Assembly (NCBI GenBank): GCA_965219345.1
Contig: OZ244732.1
Coordinates: forward strand, 1,760,001 to 1,824,000
DNA from: Nitrosopumilus sp.
Lineage (GTDB): Archaea > Thermoproteota > Nitrososphaeria > Nitrososphaerales > Nitrosopumilaceae
Length of the DNA stretch: 64,000 nt
Direction: 5' to 3'
Shown one piece after another: positions 7,726-17,254 of this stretch. The notes beneath the pieces were generated by a model, which searched no databases, was not told where the DNA came from, and was given only the letters and a program-made list of their open reading frames with translations. How positions within the stretch are numbered: the stretch's first letter is position 1; each line of letters starts with the position of its first letter. A program made the position numbers and the translations under genes.

Positions 7726-10583
7726 TGTCTGGCATTGAAAACCTCATAATTTGTAACCCGTATAAAATGCCCTCATATCACTGGAAGTATGATCGTACGA
7801 ATAGAAAGTTTGATCTAGTATCAGACAGAAGGCCAGCAGGATTTCTTATTGCATCAGAAGACAGCAAGACATTTGATGATCCTGGGGAATTCAGAGAGTT
7901 AGAACTAGTAAACAGGATACGAGAGAAAGTCGATAGTTGGAGAGCAAAAGACTATCCAAATGTTACGGGAATTACAAAGCAGCTGCTCCGATTTTGGCAC
8001 GATGGAACAAAACGAGAAAACAAGTTCTTTTTTTGTCAGCTAGAGGCAATTGAGACTTTAATCTGGCTGGCAGAAGCATCTGATGCAGAAAAACAGGGAA
8101 TACAAATTCCATCTGATGGCGGTTTGTTTCAAAGGCTGTGTTGCAAGATGGCAACAGGAACAGGCAAGACAATTGTAATGGCAATGCTGATTGCATGGCA
8201 GGTAATCAACAAAGTAACCTATCCACAAGACACACGGTTTTCAAAAAACATTTTGGTCATGGCGCCAGGACTCACTGTAAAATCAAGATTACAGGTTTTG
8301 TTTCCCACAAATGCGGATAATTCTTATGACATGTTTTGTATAATTCCAGAGTCATTTTATGAGAAATTATTTCAAGGCAAATTCACCTTACATAACTGGC
8401 ACACATTAATGCCCGAAGATGACGCGCCAAGAAGCGTTGTAAAACTAGGCAAAGAAAGCAATGGTATCTTTTCAAGAAGAATTCTAGGACATGATTCCAA
8501 AAACATCATTGTCATAAATGACGAGGCACATCATGCGTATCGCGCAAATGTTGATCAGGCATCCAAGATATCAAAAACAGAGCTAGAACGTGACAAGCGA
8601 TGGATTGAAGGATTAGACAAGATACACGATGCACGAAACATTGTAAAATGCTTTGATTTTTCTGCAACCCCATTCATACCATCAGGAAAAAATGTAACTG
8701 AGGATACGTTGTTTGAATGGATTGTATCAGATTTTTCATTAAATGACGCAATTGAATCCGGACTGACCAAAACGCCTAGAATTGCAATCAGGGACGATGG
8801 TGGCAAATTCTCCAAGGAATATCGCTCCAGATTTTATCACCTGTACAGAGACGATGAGGTAAAGCCAGATCTTAACAGAAATGCAAAACCGCATGAAAAG
8901 TTGCCTGACTTGATATCTAATGCATATTTTCTTTTGGGTCAGGACTGGATTGAGACAAAAAAACTATGGGATAAACAAGGATCAAAGATTCCACCTGTAA
9001 TGATTACCGTATGCAACAAGACGCAGACTGCAGCTAGAGTCATGTATTCATTTGAGAAAAACAAATTTGGATTAGAAGAGCTCTCAAATCCTGAGCACCT
9101 GCTGCACATTGATTCAACTACAATAAACAAAGCAGAAGAGCAAGAATCTGCCGGATCCGAATCAGACGAGGCAGAAGGCCTCAGAGAAAAGGTAGATACT
9201 GTAGGCAAGATAGGCAGGCCAGGCGAGCAGATCAGAAACATCATTGCAGTACAGATGTTATCAGAAGGATGGGATGCAAGAAATGTCACCCACATTATGG
9301 GTCTGAGGGCGTTTTCTAGTCAATTGTTGTGTGAGCAGGTAGTGGGCAGGGGATTGCGAAGAACATCATATGAAATCGACTCTGATAAGGGATTATTCTC
9401 ACCAGAATATGTCAATGTGTTTGGTGTGCCATTTACCTTCTTGCCTCACGAGGGTGGAGAGGGAACACCACCGCCCCCAACTCCACATACTATGATAGCG
9501 CCAGATCCTGACAAGGCAGAACACAAGATCTCTTGGCCAAACATTGACAGAATCGATGTGGATTTTTTACCAAAGCTTACAGTTGACTGGAAGAAAATAA
9601 AACCACTAGAGCTGCGAAGCGACGGTATTGCTACAAGTGTAGGAATGGCTCAGGTTTTGGATGGAAAGCCACATGTAGATAAAATGTCAGAAATTGATCT
9701 GTACGAGTTAAACAAAGAGATAAGACTGCAACGGATAATCTTTCTTGCCGCAAAAGATGTCTATGACAGCATGTCTCCTAACTGGAAAGGAAACAAGGAA
9801 TTTCTTCTAATACAAGTTGTAAAGCTAGTTGAGGAGTTTATCTGTTCATTTCAGATCAACGTAGTTGATGTCTCTGATGATGACCTGCGAACAAAGATGA
9901 CCATTATGTTTAACATGCAAAAGGTCGTAGCTCATGTCTGTAAAAGCATTACAGATTCTAATGTGGAGAAAAGACAGATTCATCTCAATTCAAACAAGCC
10001 AATAAAGTCTACATCCGATATGCGTCCATGGAATACAAAAAAGCCTGCTGAATACACTGTAAAATCCCACATCAACATGGCAGTGTACGATTCAAAATGG
10101 GAGATTGGCACAGGGCAAGAATTAGAGAGAAACAAAAATGTGGTATCTTGGGTAAGAAATGATCATATCGGCTTTGTGATAAGGTATCTGTATAACGGAA
10201 TCATACATGACTATTATCCAGATTTTTTAATTCATTTAGAGAATAATGTTACCTTGGTTTTGGAGATAAAGGGAGTGGATGATAACCAGAACAAGGAAAA
10301 ACGCAGATATCTAGCAGAATGGATAGATGTGGTAAACGAGAATGGAAGTTACGGAACATGGACATGGGATGTTGCGTTTCATCCAAGCGAGGTACGGGGA
10401 ATAATTGCAGATCATGGCAAGACGAGGGTCTCTGCCAATGAATATGCAAGATGTCCCAAATGTGGTAAGGATGCCAAATCAAGGCAGGAGATTGACAAAG
10501 AGTTTGGGTTTAGGAATATGGATGGGATGAGTAGACCTCAATCATGGTGCAGGAATTGCAGAAAAGGCATAACTGTTGCATAA
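7725..10583 (+). CDS. res: Type III restriction endonuclease (Res) with C-terminal Zn-ribbon
   Basis: KMATGTGKT, INDEAHH, FSATP, LSEGWD, QVVGRGLRR helicase motifs; YYPDF..LEIKG nuclease; CPKC..CRNC tail. Confidence 0.92.
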   Translation: MSGIENLIICNPYKMPSYHWKYDRTNRKFDLVSDRRPAGFLIASEDSKTFDDPGEFRELELVNRIREKVDSWRAKDYPNVTGITKQLLRFWHDGTKRENKFFFCQLEAIETLIWLAEASDAEKQGIQIPSDGGLFQRLCCKMATGTGKTIVMAMLIAWQVINKVTYPQDTRFSKNILVMAPGLTVKSRLQVLFPTNADNSYDMFCIIPESFYEKLFQGKFTLHNWHTLMPEDDAPRSVVKLGKESNGIFSRRILGHDSKNIIVINDEAHHAYRANVDQASKISKTELERDKRWIEGLDKIHDARNIVKCFDFSATPFIPSGKNVTEDTLFEWIVSDFSLNDAIESGLTKTPRIAIRDDGGKFSKEYRSRFYHLYRDDEVKPDLNRNAKPHEKLPDLISNAYFLLGQDWIETKKLWDKQGSKIPPVMITVCNKTQTAARVMYSFEKNKFGLEELSNPEHLLHIDSTTINKAEEQESAGSESDEAEGLREKVDTVGKIGRPGEQIRNIIAVQMLSEGWDARNVTHIMGLRAFSSQLLCEQVVGRGLRRTSYEIDSDKGLFSPEYVNVFGVPFTFLPHEGGEGTPPPPTPHTMIAPDPDKAEHKISWPNIDRIDVDFLPKLTVDWKKIKPLELRSDGIATSVGMAQVLDGKPHVDKMSEIDLYELNKEIRLQRIIFLAAKDVYDSMSPNWKGNKEFLLIQVVKLVEEFICSFQINVVDVSDDDLRTKMTIMFNMQKVVAHVCKSITDSNVEKRQIHLNSNKPIKSTSDMRPWNTKKPAEYTVKSHINMAVYDSKWEIGTGQELERNKNVVSWVRNDHIGFVIRYLYNGIIHDYYPDFLIHLENNVTLVLEIKGVDDNQNKEKRRYLAEWIDVVNENGSYGTWTWDVAFHPSEVRGIIADHGKTRVSANEYARCPKCGKDAKSRQEIDKEFGFRNMDGMSRPQSWCRNCRKGITVA

Positions 10584-10741
10584 AACATGATGCAAAAAAA
10601 TCAACAGTGGTTCAAGATAGTCCAATCTTTCGAAACCCTATAGAACCGTATTTGTTATTCAAAGATGTTAAAGAATCTCACTTGATCCCTGAAAACACCC
10701 TAACTTGACAAAGCAGTAAAAACTCCCACTAAGTTAACAGA

Positions 10742-11649
10742 GCAATTGTTAAAGAATTCAATGGAAGATTTGCATCCAGTCTAACAACTAACGGCATAGA
10801 CAAAATCAAAGATTCTAATGTCATGATCAAAGACAAGGAAACGGGATTAAAGAATATCATAATGGAGAACATGATCAATCCCAGATCAGATGGATACAAG
10901 GGAGTCAAGGAACCATTGTACTCAGCGATTTTTTTGGCCCTCCTAATACTAGCAAAACTAGCTTGGCAGAAGCTATATCTTCTGTTCTTGGATAGAATTT
11001 CATCAAGTTTCAATCAGGAGGTTTCCTTACGGACGGCATCCAGAAAGCAACGGGTAGAGCCAGATACGTCTTTGACAGACTACTGCATTTGGAAGACACA
11101 GTTGTGTTGTTTGACGAGATTGAAGGGTTTGTAAGATCAAGAGAACCAGGTAAAGAAGGAGAAAAACCAGAATTAGACAACAGGATGCTGACAACATCCA
11201 TGTTGATTCTTATCAATGATCTAAGACGTAAAGAAAAAATAATTTTCATCGTAGCAACAAATTATTTTGAAGGTTTTGATTCGGCTGTAAAAAGACCAGG
11301 CAGGTTTGACATGATATTACATGTAGGCCCGCCCCACAAGGCATCAATGAAGGAAGTTGCAGAAGAGTTCCAAGGTAAGAAAAAACTTGGTGAAAATGTG
11401 GATCTGGAAATCGTCAACAAAATCATAGATGAGGAATACGATAACAACCTAGAATATTTTACATACGGCGAATGGACGTTTTTATTGAAAGAGTTGAACG
11501 AGGAGATGGAGAATGGATTAGACATACAAGACGTTGAAAAAAGGTGCAGGGAGATGGTCAAGGATAAATTCAGGTCAACAATTTTGTCTGACGAAAAATT
11601 AAAAGAAAGATATGATGAAAACAAGGGTAAGTCGAGGGCAAGAGGATAA
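10742..11649 (+). pseudogene. Downstream part of the split AAA+ ATPase gene
   Basis: AIVKEFNG... in frame with 148-541. After a frameshift in a T run (~10930): degenerate Walker A GPPNTSKT, premature TAG at 10993-10995, Walker B VVLFDEIE, ATN, and SRH DSAVKRPGRFD. Confidence 0.85.
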
Positions 11650-11653
11650 GCAA

Positions 11654-12184
11654 ATGACAATCAATTGTACAGTGTCAGGAAGTTTCAACAAACATTTGAA
11701 CTTAGTATTTGACAAGATAAAGGAACTTGAAAAAAACGGCATTGCAGTACTGTCTCCCAAAATAAATCCAACTGTACGAAAAACAGATGATTTTGTCTAT
11801 CTAGAAGGAGATGTAGGATCACCAAGAGAAATTGAGCTCATGCACCTAGATGCAATCTCGAGAAGTGATTTTCTATACGTGGTAAATCCAAAAGGATATG
11901 TTGGAAAGAGCACCTTACTTGAAATAGGATTTGAGTTGTCAAAAGGAATCAGAATATTTTCTAGTGACAAAGTGACGGATACGCCATTTAACGAGATTGT
12001 GATGCATGCACCAAATATTTCAGACATCAGAAATGAGATTGCGGATTGCCTCACATACCTGATTGATTTGGCCAATCTTGCAAACGTAAACCTGCAGGAT
12101 GCTTTCATGGAAAAAGAAAACATCAACAAAGACAGAACATGGGGAACTAAGAAAGATATCCAACGACTAACGACAGAGGAATAA
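11654..12184 (+). CDS. Nucleoside 2-deoxyribosyltransferase-like domain fused to a partial MazG-like pyrophosphatase domain
   Basis: SGSF..H, HLDAISRSDFLYVVNPKGYVGKSTLLEIG (NDT/TIR-like fold); C-terminal EIADCLTYLIDLANLANVNLQDAFMEKE.IN..R.W (MazG C-terminal half). Confidence 0.7.
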   Translation: MTINCTVSGSFNKHLNLVFDKIKELEKNGIAVLSPKINPTVRKTDDFVYLEGDVGSPREIELMHLDAISRSDFLYVVNPKGYVGKSTLLEIGFELSKGIRIFSSDKVTDTPFNEIVMHAPNISDIRNEIADCLTYLIDLANLANVNLQDAFMEKENINKDRTWGTKKDIQRLTTEE

Positions 12185-12441
12185 AATGGAAACAAAAAGA
12201 TTTGCAAAAAAGGAATCAGGGAACATATAAAAAAAAATTGAGATAAAAATCCCTTGGAGAGATTTATGAAATTAGTTTAACACTCTAAGATCTTAGAGAC
12301 TTGAACCAATCATACAATTCCCCTAATGCGAACCGAGTCTTCACAAATCCAAACATTTATGGCACATTTTAACTCACTAAATACCGATTGGTTTGCACGC
12401 CAACAAACCTAGAGGGATAGCAATGTTATTCCTCTAGGACA

Positions 12442-14328
12442 TTACATTCTATCAGGTGCAACTATACCTAAAAGATCTAATGCTTTTTCAATAGTAATTT
12501 TAAAAGAATCCACAATGCAGAGACGAGAATTCTCTAATGATTCATCTCCTAATTCTAAAACCTTGACATGCTCATAAAATGAATTGAATGATACAGCCAA
12601 ATCATGACAATATCTTGCAATGACTTTGGGAGATAAATTGTTTGTAGCATCACGAACATGTATATCAAATAGGCCAATTGTTTTAATCAAATCTAATTCA
12701 GATTGTTCTTTGAGTAAAGAAAAATCAACGTCAATAGATACAGTACGTTCAGATTTTTCTAAAATTCTAACAGCTCTTGCATGTGTATATTGTATGTATG
12801 GTGCAGTGTCACCGTCCAAGCTAAGTGACTTTGTTAAATCAAATGCAATAATTTTATCCAAATCTTGTTTTATCATCTCATAACGCAAAGTGCCAACTGA
12901 GACATTATGAGCAATTTTTTCAATCTCAGATGAATCCATTTTAGGATGTCTTTTAGTAGTTTCCTCAATTGTTTTCTTTTTTAACAAATCATACACAGAA
13001 TCAGCATTGACATAAAGTCCCTTTCGTCCCGACATTTGAGCTTGCTTCCCATCAGTATTCAGTCCAAGAATTTTTGCAGTCTCAGAACTAAGAGTAACTG
13101 ATTCATACCCAAGATGAACATATGCATCTGGAATTGATTTGAATTTCCCCATCATAAAAGTAATGATTTTTTGTAATCTTGCCTGACGGGAATCAATTAC
13201 AGTGATGACTTTATCTCCAGTAAAGTTCTGAGATGACGAATCACTTTCATTTAGGCTAGTCTGCCACAATACTCGAGAATTAGGTTGTTTTTTTTCATAT
13301 TTTTCATAATGAAATGGATCATCTAGTAATCCCAGTTTCCACGCAGCATATGGAATGTCTTTGGCAATGTAGGTAGCAGTTCCATTACTTCGCACAATTA
13401 CCTTGTCTTCTTTTTTACCATCACCACGAATTACCCAGCATCTCGCATTCTTACCTTCATTTTCAAATTCTATTAGGCTCATTTCTTTTAATTTTTCAAA
13501 GATTTTACTCCATAATCCTGAACGAATAATCTGAGATTCAAAATTAAGACAATCATAAGAAACTGACAAATTCCAACATGTTTCTAGCTGATTTGCTAAA
13601 ACTTTGCGTGTAATGGTATCGGCAAATTTTGCAGTTTCAGAATTTCCATCCTCAAGTTCTTGTAAAACATTTTTTCTAATCTCTTCAAGACTAGAATCAG
13701 ATTCATATTTTTCTGTGGTTTTGACATATACGTCATCACCACAATAATGATCAAACTTCTTTCCATCAGGTGGTTCTGGATCAAATCCTAAATGTTTGAA
13801 TCCAACTATAATATCAGCTACTTGAAGACCAGAATCATCAACATAGTTTAGAACATTAACTTTGTAGTTTGCTTTTTGCAAAATTCGTGAAATGCAATCT
13901 CCAATGATAATATTTCTAACATGTCCTATGTGTAAAGCCTTGTTAGGATTTACACTTGTATGCTCTACTACAATTGTAGAATTTTTTCCAATATCAACAT
14001 CACCAAATTCCGGAAGATGAGCCTCAGCTAGAATTAAGTGGTTTAGTTTTTCCCAATTAGCAAAGAAATTCAAGTATCCTGATGGATGTGCTTCTGATTT
14101 TAAAACAAGTGTACTAGAACAAGAATCATATTTTTCAGATAACATTTCAGCAATATCTTTTGGGTTTTTTTTGAGTTGTTTTGAAAGTAAAAATGAAACA
14201 TTTGAGCTAACATCACCAAAACCAAGTTTTGCAGGTTCAACAGTGAATTTTACATCAGATATTGAAAGGTCTCCAAGTATCTTGTTAAGGTTATTTTCAA
14301 TTTCATCAATAATTGATTTGAATGTCAT
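12442..14328 (-). CDS. argS: Arginine--tRNA ligase
   Basis: VEHTSVNPNKALHIGH (HIGH), MSGRKG, DALR-type YIQYTHAR. Confidence 0.97.
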   Translation of the reverse strand: MTFKSIIDEIENNLNKILGDLSISDVKFTVEPAKLGFGDVSSNVSFLLSKQLKKNPKDIAEMLSEKYDSCSSTLVLKSEAHPSGYLNFFANWEKLNHLILAEAHLPEFGDVDIGKNSTIVVEHTSVNPNKALHIGHVRNIIIGDCISRILQKANYKVNVLNYVDDSGLQVADIIVGFKHLGFDPEPPDGKKFDHYCGDDVYVKTTEKYESDSSLEEIRKNVLQELEDGNSETAKFADTITRKVLANQLETCWNLSVSYDCLNFESQIIRSGLWSKIFEKLKEMSLIEFENEGKNARCWVIRGDGKKEDKVIVRSNGTATYIAKDIPYAAWKLGLLDDPFHYEKYEKKQPNSRVLWQTSLNESDSSSQNFTGDKVITVIDSRQARLQKIITFMMGKFKSIPDAYVHLGYESVTLSSETAKILGLNTDGKQAQMSGRKGLYVNADSVYDLLKKKTIEETTKRHPKMDSSEIEKIAHNVSVGTLRYEMIKQDLDKIIAFDLTKSLSLDGDTAPYIQYTHARAVRILEKSERTVSIDVDFSLLKEQSELDLIKTIGLFDIHVRDATNNLSPKVIARYCHDLAVSFNSFYEHVKVLELGDESLENSRLCIVDSFKITIEKALDLLGIVAPDRM

Positions 14329-14422
14329 CTTATATCTCAGATAATTTAGGTGCTAATTTATCTAATGGCGTAATGATTCGTAATTGTTTTACAATCACTG
14401 TGCCTAGATTAGATTGATAATT

Positions 14423-14545
14423 ATGATAAATGCGTGGATTGATGCTAAAATGCTATTTCCAATTCATACAGAACATCCTACTGAATATATGCGAGTAACA
14501 AACAAGATCAATATTGTTAAATTGAACAAAAAATATGAGATTTAG
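14423..14545 (+). pseudogene. 3' remnant of an MBL-fold/beta-CASP hydrolase
   Basis: IDAKMLFPIHTEHP...VKLNKKYEI* resembles the RNA-metabolising MBL C-terminal PxHxEH motif; the rest of the gene is missing. Confidence 0.6.
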
Positions 14546-15041
14546 AATGGTTAAACAAGAAAATTACAATATTGTTTCAGAAGCAATTGTAGAAGAACTT
14601 CTAAAAAAAGAGTACGGGGACAAAGTAAAAAAAATTAGTGGAACTGGTGCTGGAAAAGTAGGCGATTTTAAAGTTGGACAAAAAATAATTGAAGTTAAAG
14701 GGTCGTGGTCTGATGAGTCTGGGAAAAAAGATGATGAATTTGATTTTGTTTCAAGTGGTTTTGACGTTTCTGATAAAGAATGGGAAATCATTGAAAATAA
14801 TTCAAAAAATTTTGAATTATGGGTTGTTTATAGATTAAATAGAACGCATAAAGATGTAAAAGGTTGGCCTGTAAGATATGCTATTCTAAGTGGAACAATA
14901 TTAAAAAAATGTAAACATACTTTTCCCAAAGTAAGATTACACATTCTAAAAGAGTTATGGAAAGAATCTGATCAAGAAGATGTACCAAAAAAAATTTTAA
15001 CTAAACATATAAACAAAAAGAAAAAAAAGACAATCAGATAA
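14535..15041 (+). CDS. PD-(D/E)XK nuclease-like protein (DUF3883/NOV-like); probable start at ATG 14547
   Basis: SE..V...L, GDFKV...IEVKGS, S.KEWE.....FELWVV. Confidence 0.6.
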   Translation: MRFRMVKQENYNIVSEAIVEELLKKEYGDKVKKISGTGAGKVGDFKVGQKIIEVKGSWSDESGKKDDEFDFVSSGFDVSDKEWEIIENNSKNFELWVVYRLNRTHKDVKGWPVRYAILSGTILKKCKHTFPKVRLHILKELWKESDQEDVPKKILTKHINKKKKKTIR

Positions 15042-15042
15042 C

Positions 15043-15291
15043 TCAGTCATTTATTTTTCTGCAAATTTTTTTGATTCCCTTTATTCCTATTCCAATAAAA
15101 TTATCATCAATTCCAAATCTCTCAAAAATTCTTCTCAAGAAATAACTTCTAGCAAATGAAACTGTAGCATAAACAAAGGTGATTGCTAAATTTGCAACAA
15201 GTGGATCTTCTTTAATCCAGCCCATTGATATAGACCTATTGAGGTTATACGTGAGTATCGTACCTATAAATTTGAAAATTTTTGTGTTCAA
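15043..15291 (-). CDS. Small membrane protein, possibly 5'-truncated
   Basis: NLAITFVYATVSFARSYFLRRIFE hydrophobic helix with RSY..RR.F motif. Confidence 0.45.
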   Translation of the reverse strand: MNTKIFKFIGTILTYNLNRSISMGWIKEDPLVANLAITFVYATVSFARSYFLRRIFERFGIDDNFIGIGIKGIKKICRKIND

Positions 15292-15336
15292 GAAACAGAA
15301 ATCATTCTGACTGTCTTTATTCCCAAGGAAGTCTCC

Positions 15337-16140
15337 ATGTATATCATGCCCTTCAAAAATTATTCTCCAAATTTAAAAATTGAATTACAAGATGGAAAAC
15401 CATCTCCTATTTTTTCCTATAAAGAACTACATAGAATACTAGGAAGAGAATTCACTTTGGATGAAATTAGAGGATTATGTGCTGAAAGTTATGGTTTAGA
15501 TAAAAAAGAATTTGAAATATACACTAATTTTGGAATAATTTTATTTCCTGATCATGAAGATCATATTAATGAAATAAAAATTACGTATCTTGAACCTGGA
15601 GAATTAGAAAAAGATACTTCTTTCTTTCTCACAAAAAATGTAAAATTTTCACATAGATTTTTGCCTGCTGATAAATCTAGTCTTTATGTTTCGGTAAATG
15701 TGAATGACAAATATGAAATCGAAAAAGAACCCACAATCTCAAAAATTAAAGAAGAACATTATGGATTCGATAATACTTCAGTTGCTGAAAATTATGAACC
15801 TATTGATTCCAAACCTCACGTTATTTTAGACGATAAGAAACATAACGTTTTGAATTTTCCAAGAAAATTTTCTGATGAAATAAAAATTGATTACAGAATT
15901 AAAATTCCTCAGATGGTTATAGTTTGGCTTTGGTTTGGTTTTTTTATTGGTGTAGGAACCATATTTTTCACTATTTTTGCTTCTATTCAAAATTACCCTG
16001 TAGCTTTGGGAGGTATTGGTGTGTTGATTGGTCTCAGAATTATGTTATTTCATGATGTAGAATTACTTGATAGATGGAATTGGGCTTACTTGATTTTAAT
16101 TGCTTTGAATATCATAGTTTTAGGATTAGTTTTGTTATGA
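15337..16140 (+). CDS. Hypothetical protein with three C-terminal transmembrane helices
   Basis: 267-aa ORF with hydrophobic C-terminal third; very AT-rich. Confidence 0.7.
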   Translation: MYIMPFKNYSPNLKIELQDGKPSPIFSYKELHRILGREFTLDEIRGLCAESYGLDKKEFEIYTNFGIILFPDHEDHINEIKITYLEPGELEKDTSFFLTKNVKFSHRFLPADKSSLYVSVNVNDKYEIEKEPTISKIKEEHYGFDNTSVAENYEPIDSKPHVILDDKKHNVLNFPRKFSDEIKIDYRIKIPQMVIVWLWFGFFIGVGTIFFTIFASIQNYPVALGGIGVLIGLRIMLFHDVELLDRWNWAYLILIALNIIVLGLVLL

Positions 16141-16469
16141 AAATAAAATGGAGATTCTATAACTCTGCGGTTAATTTGTTTCCTAATGATGCCTTAACAA
16201 TTTTAGAACAGTCATCATCTTGCAAGTCTAAACAACGTATTGGAATTCCCATTACAGCCACTCATTTTTTATAAATAATATTCTGTATATAAATCCCCCA
16301 TATCTGCTTGAGTTGAAACTTTTGTTGGATTTTGTCATGTTTGCTTACATTTTGATTATTAGGTAGATCTAATTCATTACTTTTCTATGCGTGGTAAATA
16401 TGAGGTCAACATATGACATAATTTCTGTAAGGGGAATGTTATCAAGTAATTTGTAGGAATAAAAACAAT

Positions 16470-17165
16470 CTATTTGTTCAAATCGGTAAAGGCGAGTTTA
16501 TCTAGTGCCTCTAAAACACCATCACCTGCTTTGGCAGAAACTACCATTGCAGCCTCAGATTGTACCGATTCAGAAGCATTTCCTAGTGCAATACTTGTTT
16601 TTGCCACCTTAAACAATGGAATATCTGTGGCACTGTCTCCAATGGCTATAACATCATCTCTCAAAATAGAAAATTTTTTCATGATTTCACTAAATCCTGC
16701 ACCCTTATCAATTCCAGAAGAATTGATATGGTAAGCATATTGACTGTCAGATAGTTCTACATCAAGATTATTTTCAGCTATCACCTTTCTTGCAAGATCT
16801 AGATCAAATGTTCTTTGTAAAACAACTTCAGTCATTCTTGGGAAAACAGGTTTTTCTTTGACGTTTTCAACATTACTTTTGATAACTCGAAATGCATTTT
16901 TACATTCTTCAATATTCCCTAACAGAATATGTTCATTAGAACCAAGAGTAATGCAACCACCATTTTCACCAACAGAGATTTTTGTAGTTCCCCCAAATAT
17001 TGATAGCAAGAATCCTTCAACGGAAGAACGTCCAGTTACAAAGATCACATTATGTCCCATGTTAGTTAATCGCCTTAATGCCTCAAGTGCATCCAAATGT
17101 ATTCTGCCTCCACCATTTTCAGTAATTGTTCCATCAATATCTACTGCAAATGTTCTCTTTTTCAT
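16470..17165 (-). CDS. Phosphoglycolate phosphatase (HAD, SPP-like)
   Basis: DIDGT, VTGR, GENG, DKG, IGDSATD motifs. Confidence 0.9.
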   Translation of the reverse strand: MKKRTFAVDIDGTITENGGGRIHLDALEALRRLTNMGHNVIFVTGRSSVEGFLLSIFGGTTKISVGENGGCITLGSNEHILLGNIEECKNAFRVIKSNVENVKEKPVFPRMTEVVLQRTFDLDLARKVIAENNLDVELSDSQYAYHINSSGIDKGAGFSEIMKKFSILRDDVIAIGDSATDIPLFKVAKTSIALGNASESVQSEAAMVVSAKAGDGVLEALDKLAFTDLNK

Positions 17166-17254
17166 ACAAAGTATCTTACAAACCGAATAATATTTGCTAC
17201 GTACACAAGTAATACGGTTTTATTTGAAGGGAATGTTGCAAGAGATGAATAGTA

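Larger units (their letters stand above)
542..10740. mobile_element. ~10.2-kb inserted cargo element (IS6-derived composite/transporter-like) carrying a Type III R-M system
   Basis: Flanked by direct repeat AGCAATTGTTA (531-541, 10741-10751). Ends CTGGTACCTTGGCGGGTGTTTT (547-568) and reverse complement CTGTTAACTTAGTGGGAGTTTT (10719-10740) match 17/22. IS6-type transposase remnants lie inside. Confidence 0.7.
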
